From an uncultured Zetaproteobacteria bacterium (GTDB lineage Bacteria; Pseudomonadota; Zetaproteobacteria; Mariprofundales; Mariprofundaceae): 46,932 nucleotides of DNA. Position 1 is the stretch's first letter. Each line of letters starts with the position of its first letter. Location of the stretch: NCBI GenBank assembly GCA_964513335.1, contig CAZEMN010000002.1, positions 1 to 46,932 on the forward strand, in the 5' to 3' direction. The position numbers and the translations under genes are program-made. Below are positions 21,981 to 31,423 of the stretch, piece after piece. Below the pieces are notes generated by a model. It saw only the letters and a program-made list of their open reading frames with translations. It did no database searches and was not told where the DNA came from.

Positions 21981-23903
21981 GTGAGCGAGCAAGCCATGTG
22001 CTTGCTGGAATTCATGCACACAGGCAGCCTGCCATCAATGACAGGTGCCATTCAACCCACCGAAGTATTTGTACTGGCCGTACTGATTGCCGTTACCACA
22101 CAGATCGTATCCGCCCGCATACGCCTGCCCGCCATTGTATTGTGGCTGATCGCAGGCATGTTGCTGGGCCCGTTCGGTCTGCATCTGCTGCATGTGGAGA
22201 GCGTCAAACCAGCCATGCACACCCTGATTGAATTGGGGCTGGCCGTGATTCTGTTTGAAGGCGGGTTAAACCTGAACCTGCGCGCCCTGAAACAGCAGGG
22301 ATGGATTGTGGGAAGACTGCTGATCTTCGGCCCACTGTTAACCATGCTGGTGGGCGGCGGGCTACTACACACCTTAGGTGGTATGAACTGGGGAATGTCA
22401 TTGCTGTTCGGCGCGCTGGTGGCAGTTGGCGGCCCTACCGTCATCATCCCCATCGTTCGTCAAACACGCATGGACCGCGAACTGCGCCATATCCTGACCG
22501 GAGAAGCCATGCTGATCGATGCAACCGGTGCCATGCTCGCTATCGTTATGCTACAGGTAGTGCTTGTCACCGGATTCGAGTTTGATGTTATCGCACAGAA
22601 CCTGATTACAAAATTCCTGATCGGCGCGAGTGTTGGCTGGGCAGGCGGCTGGTTGCTCAGTAAAACACTTTATCGGGAATGGATAAAGGATACGGAGCTG
22701 CGTTCCACCGCAACTCTGGCCGCTGTATGGGGTATATTCTTACTGGCGGATCACTTAAGTTCTCAGGCAGGGCTGCTGGCTGTGCTGGTTGCCGGAGCAT
22801 TGCTTCAACGCAAGAATCTCCCGGACATCCAGCGTCTTCGCCACTTCAAGGGTAGTCTTTCGATGTTGCTGGTATCCGTCCTTTTCGTGTTGTTGGCTGC
22901 GGACCTCAATCTTGCCGTGCTGGCCGACAACCTGGAGATAGGCTTACTTGTCTTTCTGGCGCTAGCCTTCATTGCACGGCCCCTCACAACCCTCTTTTCC
23001 ACATTTGGATCGAAGCTGACAACATCACAGAGGGGATATCTGGCCTGCATGGCGCCACGTGGCGTGGTGGCTGCCGCCATCACCGCCCTGTTCAGCCTGG
23101 TTCTGAAGGAACAGGGCGTGGCGGGAGGAGAAGTGCTGGAATCACTGGTTTATACCATCATCATCCTCTCCGTGCTGATTTACGGAATATTGGCCACGCC
23201 GTTAAGCCATTGGCTGAAAGTGGAAGGAACGGGGGAGCGTTCCGTATTGATTATCGGAGGGGGACAAATCGGTGCGGAACTGGGGCGGGCTCTGGGTGAA
23301 GACCGGGAGGTACGCTTTCTCGACATGAATGCCGAGGTAATCAATACGCTGCAACGCTCAGGCTATCTGGCCGTTCGTGGCAATGCCCTGGATCCGTTGT
23401 ATATGGAAATCGCACATGCGGAAGAGGTCGGTGCGATCGCTGTCATGACCGGCTCCTCCGATCACAACCTGTTGATCGCCCAATTGGCAAGAGATGAATT
23501 TCATGTACAGGAAATTTATGTCGCCCTGCAGGAAGAAGATGAAACCAAGCATGCGCGCATGATTCACCAGTTACAGGCCAAACGTCTGTTCGCCAAACCC
23601 TATAATTTCACCTACTGGAACGATCAGGCCTACCGCAAACGGCTGACCTATGAAGTTCGGCGCGTGGAAGAAGACTCCGGCCTGATTGGCCAGCGCATGG
23701 CTGATACACGCATTCCCCACGGCATCCAGCCGATGGCCATCATCCGTGAGGGCGAATCATACCTTCCTCACGATGATTTCCGCTTTCAGGCGGGTGATGA
23801 AATCAAGATGCTGATGCGCCCGGAACGCATGCAGGAAGGCCAGCCGCTCATCCTGCCCCCGTCAGCCGACCACAACGGTTCCACGGTGCGGCAAGCCGCC
23901 TGA
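21981..23903 (+). CDS. Cation:proton antiporter (CPA1-type Na+/H+ exchanger domain) with C-terminal RCK/TrkA-N and TrkA-C domains
   Basis: The 640 aa product has about 11 TM segments, then IIGGGQIGAELGRAL (Rossmann) and a TrkA-C-like tail. The start codon (GTG at 21981 or a downstream ATG) is uncertain. Confidence 0.82.
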   Translation: MSEQAMCLLEFMHTGSLPSMTGAIQPTEVFVLAVLIAVTTQIVSARIRLPAIVLWLIAGMLLGPFGLHLLHVESVKPAMHTLIELGLAVILFEGGLNLNLRALKQQGWIVGRLLIFGPLLTMLVGGGLLHTLGGMNWGMSLLFGALVAVGGPTVIIPIVRQTRMDRELRHILTGEAMLIDATGAMLAIVMLQVVLVTGFEFDVIAQNLITKFLIGASVGWAGGWLLSKTLYREWIKDTELRSTATLAAVWGIFLLADHLSSQAGLLAVLVAGALLQRKNLPDIQRLRHFKGSLSMLLVSVLFVLLAADLNLAVLADNLEIGLLVFLALAFIARPLTTLFSTFGSKLTTSQRGYLACMAPRGVVAAAITALFSLVLKEQGVAGGEVLESLVYTIIILSVLIYGILATPLSHWLKVEGTGERSVLIIGGGQIGAELGRALGEDREVRFLDMNAEVINTLQRSGYLAVRGNALDPLYMEIAHAEEVGAIAVMTGSSDHNLLIAQLARDEFHVQEIYVALQEEDETKHARMIHQLQAKRLFAKPYNFTYWNDQAYRKRLTYEVRRVEEDSGLIGQRMADTRIPHGIQPMAIIREGESYLPHDDFRFQAGDEIKMLMRPERMQEGQPLILPPSADHNGSTVRQAA

Positions 23904-23916
23904 CCGACCCCTTCCC

Positions 23917-24798
23917 ATGACACGTATCACCCGTTTTGCCCCCAGCCCCACGGGACTTATGCATGTCGGCAACGCGTTCTCCGCCCTGATCTGCCAGCAA
24001 TGGGCCGAGCAACACCACGCCAGACTCCTGTTGCGCATCGAAGATATTGATTTCAACCGTTGCCGTGAAGAATACACGGATGCCATCATCGAAGATTTAC
24101 GCTGGCTGGGCGTGGACTGGCATGGAGAAACTCGCCGCCAGAGCGAACATATCCCTGCCTATCAAAGTGTACTGAAACGCCTGCGCGACATGGAAATGAT
24201 TTACCCCTGCTTTTGCACCCGCCGCCGGATTCAGGAGGAAATCAATCGTATGAGCATCGCGCCGCATGCGGAAGATACCGCCGGACGCTATCCGGGGACA
24301 TGCCGGAAGATCGCGGCGGAACAGCAGCGTGAACATATGTCCCGGCAGCGCTACACCTGGCGGCTTGATGTGGCAGCCGCACTCAAACATGTGGACAAAC
24401 ATCTATCCTGGAAGGATGGTGAAGGACACCGTCATGCCGTGCAGTCAGTCATGCATGGTGACGCAGTGATCGGGCGTAAGGATATCGGTATCAGTTATCA
24501 TCTGGCTGTCGTCGTGGATGACGCGGCACAGGGTGTCACTCACGTTATTCGCGGAGGGGATTTGCGCCCTTTTGCCGGTCTCCACCGCTTGCTGCAAGCC
24601 CTGCTTGATCTTCCGGAACCCGTCTATATTCACCATCCGCTGTTGCGTGATGAAACTGACAACCGGCTGGCCAAACGGCATGGCGCAACCACGATCAGAG
24701 CCTTACGTGAGGCCGGCATGCAGCCGGAAATATTGCGTGATATGCTGCTGCATTCTCCGGATCTCGTCTGGCATGGCTTGGCAAGGCGGATAAATTAA
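23917..24798 (+). CDS. gluQ: Glutamyl-Q tRNA(Asp) synthetase (truncated GluRS paralogue)
   Basis: The 293 aa product starts MTRITRFAPSPTGLMHVGNAFSAL, contains KLAKRHG, and has no anticodon-binding domain. Confidence 0.9.
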   Translation: MTRITRFAPSPTGLMHVGNAFSALICQQWAEQHHARLLLRIEDIDFNRCREEYTDAIIEDLRWLGVDWHGETRRQSEHIPAYQSVLKRLRDMEMIYPCFCTRRRIQEEINRMSIAPHAEDTAGRYPGTCRKIAAEQQREHMSRQRYTWRLDVAAALKHVDKHLSWKDGEGHRHAVQSVMHGDAVIGRKDIGISYHLAVVVDDAAQGVTHVIRGGDLRPFAGLHRLLQALLDLPEPVYIHHPLLRDETDNRLAKRHGATTIRALREAGMQPEILRDMLLHSPDLVWHGLARRIN

Positions 24799-24841
24799 CG
24801 CAGTGTTCGCTGTGATTTATTTAAATAACATTTAATATGGT

Positions 24842-25783
24842 GTGCAATTGAATATTCTCGACCTGATCGGCCATACGCCGCAAGCCACATTGACCCGCAT
24901 GGTTGCCCGCCTGCCGGACAATATACGCGTGGATGCCAAACTGGAGTGTTTCAACCCCGGCGGTTCGGTCAAGGACCGCCCGGCGCTGATGATGATCCGG
25001 GACGGTATCGAACGCGGGCAACTGGTGTCCGGAAAAACCATCATCGATTCCACCAGCGGTAATACCGGTATTGCGCTGGCCATGATCGGCGCGGCGATGG
25101 GCTATCCGGTACGTCTGGTCATGCCGGGCAATGTGTCGGACGAGCGCAAACGTATCTGCCGCGCCTTCGGCGCTGACCTGATTTTCTCGGACCCACTGGA
25201 AGGCTCCGATGGCGCCATTCTGGAAGCCCGCCGGATTTATACGGATGATCCGAAACGTTATTTCAAACCGGACCAGTATAATAACCCCGCCAATCCCAAG
25301 GCACATGAAGAAACCACAGGGCCGGAAATCTGGAAAGACACCGAAGGCAAAGTCACCCATTTCATTGCCTCGCTCGGCACCACCGGTACGCTGGTCGGTA
25401 CAGGCCGTTATCTCAAGCGGATGAACCCGGATATTCAGGTGATTGCCGCCGAGCCAGACTCACCTTTCCATGGTATTGAGGGACTCAAACATATCGAATC
25501 CAGCATCGTACCGGGTATCTACGACCCCTCCATCCATAACGAGAAAATCGGCGTATCCACCGAGGAAGCCTACGAACTTACCCAGCGTCTTGCCCGCGAA
25601 GAAGGCATACTGGCCGGCCAGTCCTGCGGTTGCGCCCTGGCCGCCGCACTGAAAGTGGGTCAGCGGCTGGCGGATGAAGGGAAACCCGGATATATCGTGA
25701 TGATCTTTCCCGATGGTGGTGAAAAATACCTCACCACACCTGTATTTTCCGGCGATACTGTCCATTTTGCGGAAGGTATTTGA
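24842..25783 (+). CDS. cysM: Cysteine synthase (O-acetylserine sulfhydrylase, CysM/CysK family)
   Basis: The 313 aa product contains NPGGSVKDRPALMMI (PLP Lys) and STSGNTGIALAMIGA. The A versus B isozyme assignment is tentative. Confidence 0.85.
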   Translation: MQLNILDLIGHTPQATLTRMVARLPDNIRVDAKLECFNPGGSVKDRPALMMIRDGIERGQLVSGKTIIDSTSGNTGIALAMIGAAMGYPVRLVMPGNVSDERKRICRAFGADLIFSDPLEGSDGAILEARRIYTDDPKRYFKPDQYNNPANPKAHEETTGPEIWKDTEGKVTHFIASLGTTGTLVGTGRYLKRMNPDIQVIAAEPDSPFHGIEGLKHIESSIVPGIYDPSIHNEKIGVSTEEAYELTQRLAREEGILAGQSCGCALAAALKVGQRLADEGKPGYIVMIFPDGGEKYLTTPVFSGDTVHFAEGI

Positions 25784-25876
25784 CTCGCACAAAGCGGCGG
25801 AACAAAACCACAAGCCCCTCAGTAATGTGTGGTAAATGGTGCAATAGCGAACCTGACCCCGTTTTGTGGAATGGTT

Positions 25877-26494
25877 TCACGCTCTTCGCATGTAAACAGT
25901 AAAATCATTATCGAGATAATCATCGCGCAGCGAGCAATCCGGGCACATATGATGACACCAGGCCAGCATCTCTTGCGGCAGGTAACTTTGCAGATCATGT
26001 GCTTTTAAGCTGCGCGCATCCAATAGATTGAAGGCCAGCCCGTTTTGGCATAATTCAAACATGGATGCAATCATCTTGCGCGCGTATGCACCGTCATCAT
26101 GCAGTTGTTCATTCAGCGCACCGGAAAGGATCACCCAATCAAATGATCCGGGCTCAAAATCGAAATCATCCAATTCGCCGCAAAGAAATTTGGCATCCGG
26201 GTGTTTTTCCTGCGCCATCCGAATCAGATCGGGCAACAGATCAATACCGGTAAAATCGACAGGCTTTCCCTGCCCTTCGGACCAGCATTTAAAATCACCG
26301 AAACCGCAGCCGACATCAAGCAGCGAATCACCGGATTCAATGCCAATCTCTGCCAACACCCGGAAACGAATTTCCTGAATCTCGCGGTTGCTCCAGTACA
26401 ATGCGTTAGGGTGGTGACCGTACCGGGTCAGACTATCGCGATGTTTATCAATTATGCGCTTGCGCTGCTTTTCATCCATGGGTGACGAAATCAA
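25877..26494 (-). CDS. Class I SAM-dependent methyltransferase
   Basis: The motif I is LLDVGCGFGDF. The start is either TTG at 26494 or ATG at complement(26477-26479). It begins 3-17 nt after the cbbO stop. Confidence 0.75.
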   Translation of the reverse strand: MISSPMDEKQRKRIIDKHRDSLTRYGHHPNALYWSNREIQEIRFRVLAEIGIESGDSLLDVGCGFGDFKCWSEGQGKPVDFTGIDLLPDLIRMAQEKHPDAKFLCGELDDFDFEPGSFDWVILSGALNEQLHDDGAYARKMIASMFELCQNGLAFNLLDARSLKAHDLQSYLPQEMLAWCHHMCPDCSLRDDYLDNDFTVYMRRA

Positions 26495-26496
26495 TG

Positions 26497-28761
26497 TTAT
26501 TTGGTCAATGAAATAAACAATTCCGGCAAGCGTTCGGGTAAACGATCCACATGATCGATGATGGTGTACTGACGACCGAATATATCGGCCACATATTCAT
26601 CCGCTTTCGGATCGAGATTGATGCAATAGGTGTAAATACCGTCCTGATCCAGTTCATTGACAGCCTGTTTGGCATCCTGAATCAGCAATTGCTCGTCATC
26701 GACATCAATATCAGCCGGCTCGCCATCGGTGAGAATCAACAGTAGCTTTTTATCGGTCTGTTGTGCTTTTAAATAATGTGCCGCATGCCGCATCGCCCCG
26801 CCCATGCGCGTGGAATAAGCGGCTTCCATGGAGGCCAGACGCGATTTTACATCGTCATCCCAATACTCTGAAAAACCTTTGATATGATAATAACGTACAT
26901 CATGGCGAGTATTGGAATGGAACCCGGCAATGGCAAACGGGTCTTTCACCTGGTCAATCGACCAGGCGAGAAGGGAGACGGCCTCTTGCGACAGCTCCAG
27001 AATGGTCTGGTTGCATCCCGTTGCTTTTTCATCCAGGGATTGCGATAAATCGAGCAACAACATGACCGCAACACTACGCCCATCCGTACGGTGGCTCATA
27101 TTGATGCGCGGATCGGGTGCTGCACCTCCCTTGAAATCAATCAGCGAGCGAATGGCCACATCCAGATCAAGCTCGGATCCCTCTTCCTGATAGCGAATAC
27201 GCACCCTGTCCTGCGGCTTGAGCATATCCAGCATCTGTTTCAGACGTTTGGCCAAGCTGCTATGTTTGGCCAGCAGATTGTCGATCACACTGGCATTGCC
27301 ACGCGGTTGCAACGCCTCGTAAACACTCACCCAATCGGGACGGTAATGCTGCGAGTTGTAATCCCATTCATGATAGTGACGCGGCGGCAGGCCCTTGACT
27401 TCCTCCTCCTGATTTTCACGTTGATCAAGATGCTCGAACATCTCATCTTCGTCACCCGATTCAATATAAATCCACAGGTGGCGGTTATCATCGCGATAAT
27501 CGACTTCCGTGTTGTCGAAATAGGTATTCGGCGAGGCATCGGACTGCCTGCGCGTGCGGGCAATAAATGAGAGAGCAATATCGGCAATCTCACTGCTGCT
27601 CGACTCGCCCTCTTTCATGGTGTCGAAAAAGCGTTGCACGAATTCGCGGATAACGTCATTTTCAATCTGATAATCAGGATCAAGTATCGCTCTGGAAACA
27701 ATCGCCAGACGCAACTGAATGAGCGATGTATCTTCCAGTGCCAAATCCTCCTGTTTGGGGATGGGATGCAGCGATAGAAACAACTTGTGCAGCCCCGGAT
27801 AACGTTGCATGGCCAGATAATCGACGCGCGAATCCTCAAAAGTCTCCACTGCCACGCGCTGGAACGGGCTCCAGTTATCGACAATCATTTGCTGGCTCCA
27901 ACGGCGATGCGCCGCCATATGTGCCAACGCTGCACGATAGCGATTGATGCCGGAAACGCCACGATCGTCGTCATAGGCATCGGGTAAACGGATGCCGAGC
28001 TTATCAAAATATGGCATCGGCTTACGCAATTCGTCAAAAGCCAGCGAATACGGCACCAGATAGTCCGATTCCTGCCACAATCCGCGCAGATAGGCATTGA
28101 GTTTGCGCTCGTTATCGACCAGCAATGTGCCGTGCCGTTCGCGCTGCATCACCGCATGCGCATCGGCCGATTGCAGGCTGAAATAATCGATTTGGCGACT
28201 CGGGTGATTGTTGTAGTACTTGATACCGTAATCGATCCAGTTTTTAAAGCCTTCAAGCGATAATTCAGTCAATAAACGCGGCGCCTGCTTGAGCAAATCC
28301 GGCAAACCGGGACTTGGAAATGTCGTATGATGGCCATGCACAGAGCCGGAGGTCTGTTCCATCATATCGCGGATTAACTCGATATATTGTTTGAATAATT
28401 CATAGCTGTGCAGGCGACGCGCAACGGCGCCAATGGTCTGCAAAAAGGGCACCATCGCTTTAAAGTTGGTGTGCGTAGACATGTAATGCGCAAACTCGCG
28501 CATATCCACCAAGGCTTCTTCACCCACCAGTCCGGCAACACCGGGCGCTTCTTCCAGATAGACCAGCAGCGGCTCCGGCCCGCGTCCCATTTTGCCGAGG
28601 AAACGGGCATTTTCAATATAACTGACCAGTCCCTGCTCCGAAAGAAGGGGCTTCGCCTCTTCCATGCATGCATCGAAAACACGGTCCGCCTGGGCAAAGT
28701 TACAGTCCAGCTTCTGCCAGTACATTTCAATTCCCATGCTTCTTCCGGCAGTTTCAATCAT
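26497..28761 (-). CDS. cbbO: RubisCO activase subunit CbbO (NorD-like, C-terminal VWA domain)
   Basis: The product is 754 aa or slightly shorter. The C-terminal VWA domain has a MIDAS motif (LLLDLSQSL ... LLILTDGEP). It lies directly downstream of cbbQ and cbbM. Confidence 0.88.
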   Translation of the reverse strand: MIETAGRSMGIEMYWQKLDCNFAQADRVFDACMEEAKPLLSEQGLVSYIENARFLGKMGRGPEPLLVYLEEAPGVAGLVGEEALVDMREFAHYMSTHTNFKAMVPFLQTIGAVARRLHSYELFKQYIELIRDMMEQTSGSVHGHHTTFPSPGLPDLLKQAPRLLTELSLEGFKNWIDYGIKYYNNHPSRQIDYFSLQSADAHAVMQRERHGTLLVDNERKLNAYLRGLWQESDYLVPYSLAFDELRKPMPYFDKLGIRLPDAYDDDRGVSGINRYRAALAHMAAHRRWSQQMIVDNWSPFQRVAVETFEDSRVDYLAMQRYPGLHKLFLSLHPIPKQEDLALEDTSLIQLRLAIVSRAILDPDYQIENDVIREFVQRFFDTMKEGESSSSEIADIALSFIARTRRQSDASPNTYFDNTEVDYRDDNRHLWIYIESGDEDEMFEHLDQRENQEEEVKGLPPRHYHEWDYNSQHYRPDWVSVYEALQPRGNASVIDNLLAKHSSLAKRLKQMLDMLKPQDRVRIRYQEEGSELDLDVAIRSLIDFKGGAAPDPRINMSHRTDGRSVAVMLLLDLSQSLDEKATGCNQTILELSQEAVSLLAWSIDQVKDPFAIAGFHSNTRHDVRYYHIKGFSEYWDDDVKSRLASMEAAYSTRMGGAMRHAAHYLKAQQTDKKLLLILTDGEPADIDVDDEQLLIQDAKQAVNELDQDGIYTYCINLDPKADEYVADIFGRQYTIIDHVDRLPERLPELFISLTK

Positions 28762-28825
28762 CCCACATCACCGGCATGTATAAAATAAGAGAACGGGGTA
28801 CCGCGTTTGCATCATTATCCAACAA

Positions 28826-29629
28826 TTATCCAAAGACCGCATCAATGGCATGATCCAAGGTATCGCGAATGTCGGCATCATCGGTAATTGGGCGAACCAG
28901 CGCCATGCGGCAAGCAGCTTTTGGCTCGATACCACCTTTAATCAGCGATGCGGCATAGGTTAGCAAACGGGTGGAAATCCCTTCATCCAGACCGTGACCC
29001 TTCAGATTGCGTGCCGTGCCGCCGATCTTGACCAGTTGCGCTGCCAGTTCCGTATCAATACCGGTTTCCTTGGCAACGATCCCCGTTTCAACGGCTTCCG
29101 CAGGGTAATCAAATTCCAGTCCGGCAAAACGTTGCTTGGTGGATTGCTTCAAATCCTTCATCAAACTCTGATAACCGGGGTTATAGGAAATTACCAGTTG
29201 AAAATCGTCATGCGCTTCAATCAACTCACCTTTTTTATCCAACGGCAGCGTACGCCGATGGTCGGTCAACGGATGGATCACCACCGTCGTGTCCTGACGC
29301 GCTTCCACCACCTCATCGAGATAACAAATAGCGCCGATGCGCGCCGCAGTGGTCAGCGGGCCGTCCAGCCAGCGAGTGCCGTTAGCATCAAGCAAATAAC
29401 GCCCGACCAGATCAGAAGCCGTCATATCTTCATTACAAGCAACTGTGATCAGCGGCTTGCCCAGCTTCCAGGCCATATGCTCGATAAAACGCGATTTGCC
29501 GCAGCCCGTCGGGCCTTTGACCATTACCGGCAGGCGCGCGGCATAAGCTGCCTCATAGAGCTCCACTTCATCAAACTGTGGTTGATAAAACGGCTCGTCG
29601 TGAACTTTGTATTGTTCCTTGTCGGTCAT
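28826..29629 (-). CDS. cbbQ: RubisCO activase AAA+ ATPase CbbQ (MoxR/NorQ family)
   Basis: From the internal ATG with a GGGAG SD the product reads MTDKEQYKVHDEPFYQP...VKGPTGCGKSRFIEHMA (Walker A), for 267 aa. The track ORF has a 49-aa upstream extension. Confidence 0.92.
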   Translation of the reverse strand: MTDKEQYKVHDEPFYQPQFDEVELYEAAYAARLPVMVKGPTGCGKSRFIEHMAWKLGKPLITVACNEDMTASDLVGRYLLDANGTRWLDGPLTTAARIGAICYLDEVVEARQDTTVVIHPLTDHRRTLPLDKKGELIEAHDDFQLVISYNPGYQSLMKDLKQSTKQRFAGLEFDYPAEAVETGIVAKETGIDTELAAQLVKIGGTARNLKGHGLDEGISTRLLTYAASLIKGGIEPKAACRMALVRPITDDADIRDTLDHAIDAVFG

Positions 29630-29794
29630 GGCTTGACTCCCTGAATCTTTTTCTTGGTAAAGTAGTGTACCCATTTTTAACATAAATGCCTGCCCGATGA
29701 CTTTATCATGCGTCGATAAGAAAACCACCAACCAAAACGGAATACATGCCTCAATCAGCATTCTGCCACCGGACAATCAGCTCGCTTCTGACCA

Positions 29795-29827
29795 CAAAAA
29801 AGGCCCCCTGCTTTGCTGGAGGCCTTT
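29795..29827 (-). terminator. Hairpin plus T-run after cbbM (probable partial terminator before cbbQ)
   Basis: The minus strand reads aaaaggcctccagcaaagcagggggcctttttt. Confidence 0.5.
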
Positions 29828-29853
29828 TCGCTTTTCGACAGATAAGCCTGGGT

Positions 29854-31254
29854 TTACTTGTGTACGCCCAGTTTTTCGCGCCAGTCCGGGAATATCTTGT
29901 CGGCATCGCCGGGGAAAGACTCGAATGCGCGTGCAAACTCGTTATGAGTTTTAGCGTATTCAATCGGATCCGCACCGGACTTCCAGCAATCGTAGGCCTG
30001 ACTCAGTGATTTACCACCGGAAGCCGGGCTATCAATGTGGCCGAAGGCACCGCCACCGCAAGTATTGATGACATTGCCATGACCCAGGTTTTCGAAGAAA
30101 CCTGGCAGACGCAGTGCATTCATACCGCCGGAGATGATCGGCGTAGTAGCCTTCATACCATACCATTTCTGGTTGAAGTAATGTCCCATGCACTCATCAC
30201 GCTCAAGCATATACGCAAGGACAGTTTCACCGCCATGACCTTCCATTTTACCATAACCCATGGTACCGGTATGAATACCGGAAGCACCCTGCAGACGGGC
30301 AAGCTTCATGTAGCACAGCGGGTCCATACCCATTGGAGATTTGTAAGAGGTAACAGCACCATGACCGGCACGATGGAAATGCAGGAACGTGTCGGGGAAG
30401 GCACGGCGTGCAGTAGTCACACCGGCAGGACCAGTTACAAAACCATCAATCAGAAAAGCAACGTGCTTTTCATTACCGTACTTGGCGAATGTTTCCAGAA
30501 TAAAGTTACCACGGGCAATACATTCTTCATGGAAATCAGCAGTGGCATTAGCGGAAAACAGCTTGGCTTCACCGGTTTCCTGCTGCGCACGGTCCATGGC
30601 TTCCGCCACCTTTGGAATCACAACCTTCATTGGACAGAATGGTTGGTTAGCCTGGGGTTCGTCATTCTTGATGAAATCGCCACCCAGCCAGAAGTCATAG
30701 CATGCTTTGGCAAACGGATCAGGACGCAGACCCAGTTTAGGTTTGATAATCGTGCCGGAAATATAACCGCCATCCACTTCCGGGCGACCCAACACCTTCC
30801 ACAGGTTGCTGATATTGGCAGAAGGACCATCGAACTTTTTAACCATGCATTCCGGCACCATGAAGTCCAGCATGCGCAGGCCTTCGTGATCGCCCATGCC
30901 CTGGTTGTTACCCAGGATCAGGGACCACAAATGCGAAATATTGTAATTGCCATCGATCAGGTTCGGATCAAACAGGTCAACAGGGTAAGCAACCTTCATC
31001 AGGCCACCTTTCTCACCGAAAGCGGTTTCGTCAACGTCATACACCAGTGCATCAACGCCGCGTGTGAAGTCATCAGTCGTGGATACTTCCACGTTGGTAC
31101 CGGTTGAAGATTCAGCGGCAATATGTGCTGCCACTTCCAGGAAACCATAGCCTTCAGCCGGTTTCATTTGGTATGCGACAAGAAAATGCTTGCCGTCTGC
31201 GATCAGGTTGTCTTCATTGAGACTCAGATCGGCGTAACGATTCGATTGATCCAT
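29854..31254 (-). CDS. cbbM: Ribulose-1,5-bisphosphate carboxylase/oxygenase, form II
   Basis: The 466 aa product starts [32 protein letters not shown] and contains [24 protein letters not shown] and [11 protein letters not shown], all typical of form II. Confidence 0.97.
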   Translation of the reverse strand: MDQSNRYADLSLNEDNLIADGKHFLVAYQMKPAEGYGFLEVAAHIAAESSTGTNVEVSTTDDFTRGVDALVYDVDETAFGEKGGLMKVAYPVDLFDPNLIDGNYNISHLWSLILGNNQGMGDHEGLRMLDFMVPECMVKKFDGPSANISNLWKVLGRPEVDGGYISGTIIKPKLGLRPDPFAKACYDFWLGGDFIKNDEPQANQPFCPMKVVIPKVAEAMDRAQQETGEAKLFSANATADFHEECIARGNFILETFAKYGNEKHVAFLIDGFVTGPAGVTTARRAFPDTFLHFHRAGHGAVTSYKSPMGMDPLCYMKLARLQGASGIHTGTMGYGKMEGHGGETVLAYMLERDECMGHYFNQKWYGMKATTPIISGGMNALRLPGFFENLGHGNVINTCGGGAFGHIDSPASGGKSLSQAYDCWKSGADPIEYAKTHNEFARAFESFPGDADKIFPDWREKLGVHK

Positions 31255-31393
31255 TTAGGAATTCCTCCATATTATTTTTTTAACAGGAAGCGTGAACCTC
31301 CTCTCCGTCGGGCAAAATATGATATACCTTCTTTGCCGACAACGGGAAGTCTAAAAACATCTTCCATAATGTAAAATCAAAGGTTATTATATA

Positions 31394-31416
31394 ACCCATA
31401 AATTCTACTTATGGGT
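31394..31416. promoter_or_regulatory. Candidate LysR/CbbR box (8-bp perfect inverted repeat)
   Basis: ACCCATAA-attctac-TTATGGGT lies in the cbbM-cbbR divergent intergenic region, 8 nt upstream of the cbbR ATG. Confidence 0.35.
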
Positions 31417-31423
31417 CGCGCAA

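Noticed and set aside
23917-24798. A possible second glutamyl-tRNA synthetase, that is, a gltX duplication.
   Set aside because: It is only 293 aa and lacks the anticodon-binding half. That is the GluQ-RS (tRNA-Asp queuosine glutamylation) architecture, not a redundant GluRS.
26497-29629. The MoxR ATPase + VWA pair could be read as NorQ/NorD (nitric oxide reductase maturation).
   Set aside because: The pair lies immediately downstream of form II RubisCO cbbM and divergent from cbbR, with no norCB nearby. It is therefore called CbbQ/CbbO. The homology to NorQD is real, but the context decides.
28826-29776. Long N-terminal extensions appear in several track ORFs: CbbQ to 29776, the ACT protein to 14978, S15 to 21913, the P-II-like protein to 12273, IscA to 15270, MerF from 42710, MerA from 42940 and the anti-sigma from 46046.
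   Set aside because: In each case an internal ATG preceded by a good SD, or coupled to the upstream stop, gives the canonical family N-terminus. The extensions would overlap neighbouring genes or repeats.
30037-31107. A 356-aa plus-strand ORF lies opposite cbbM. Similar long antisense ORFs occur at 15009-15929 (opposite the desulfurase), 13014-13778 (opposite DUF1538), 24821-25360 (opposite cysM), 38064-38717 (opposite pmbA), 4689-5339 (opposite eno) and 44946-45782 (opposite merB and the DsrE-like gene).
   Set aside because: Each lies entirely within a gene on the other strand that has unmistakable family motifs. Their translations are low-complexity and rich in Arg, His and Cys, with no recognisable domains. 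They are shadow ORFs.
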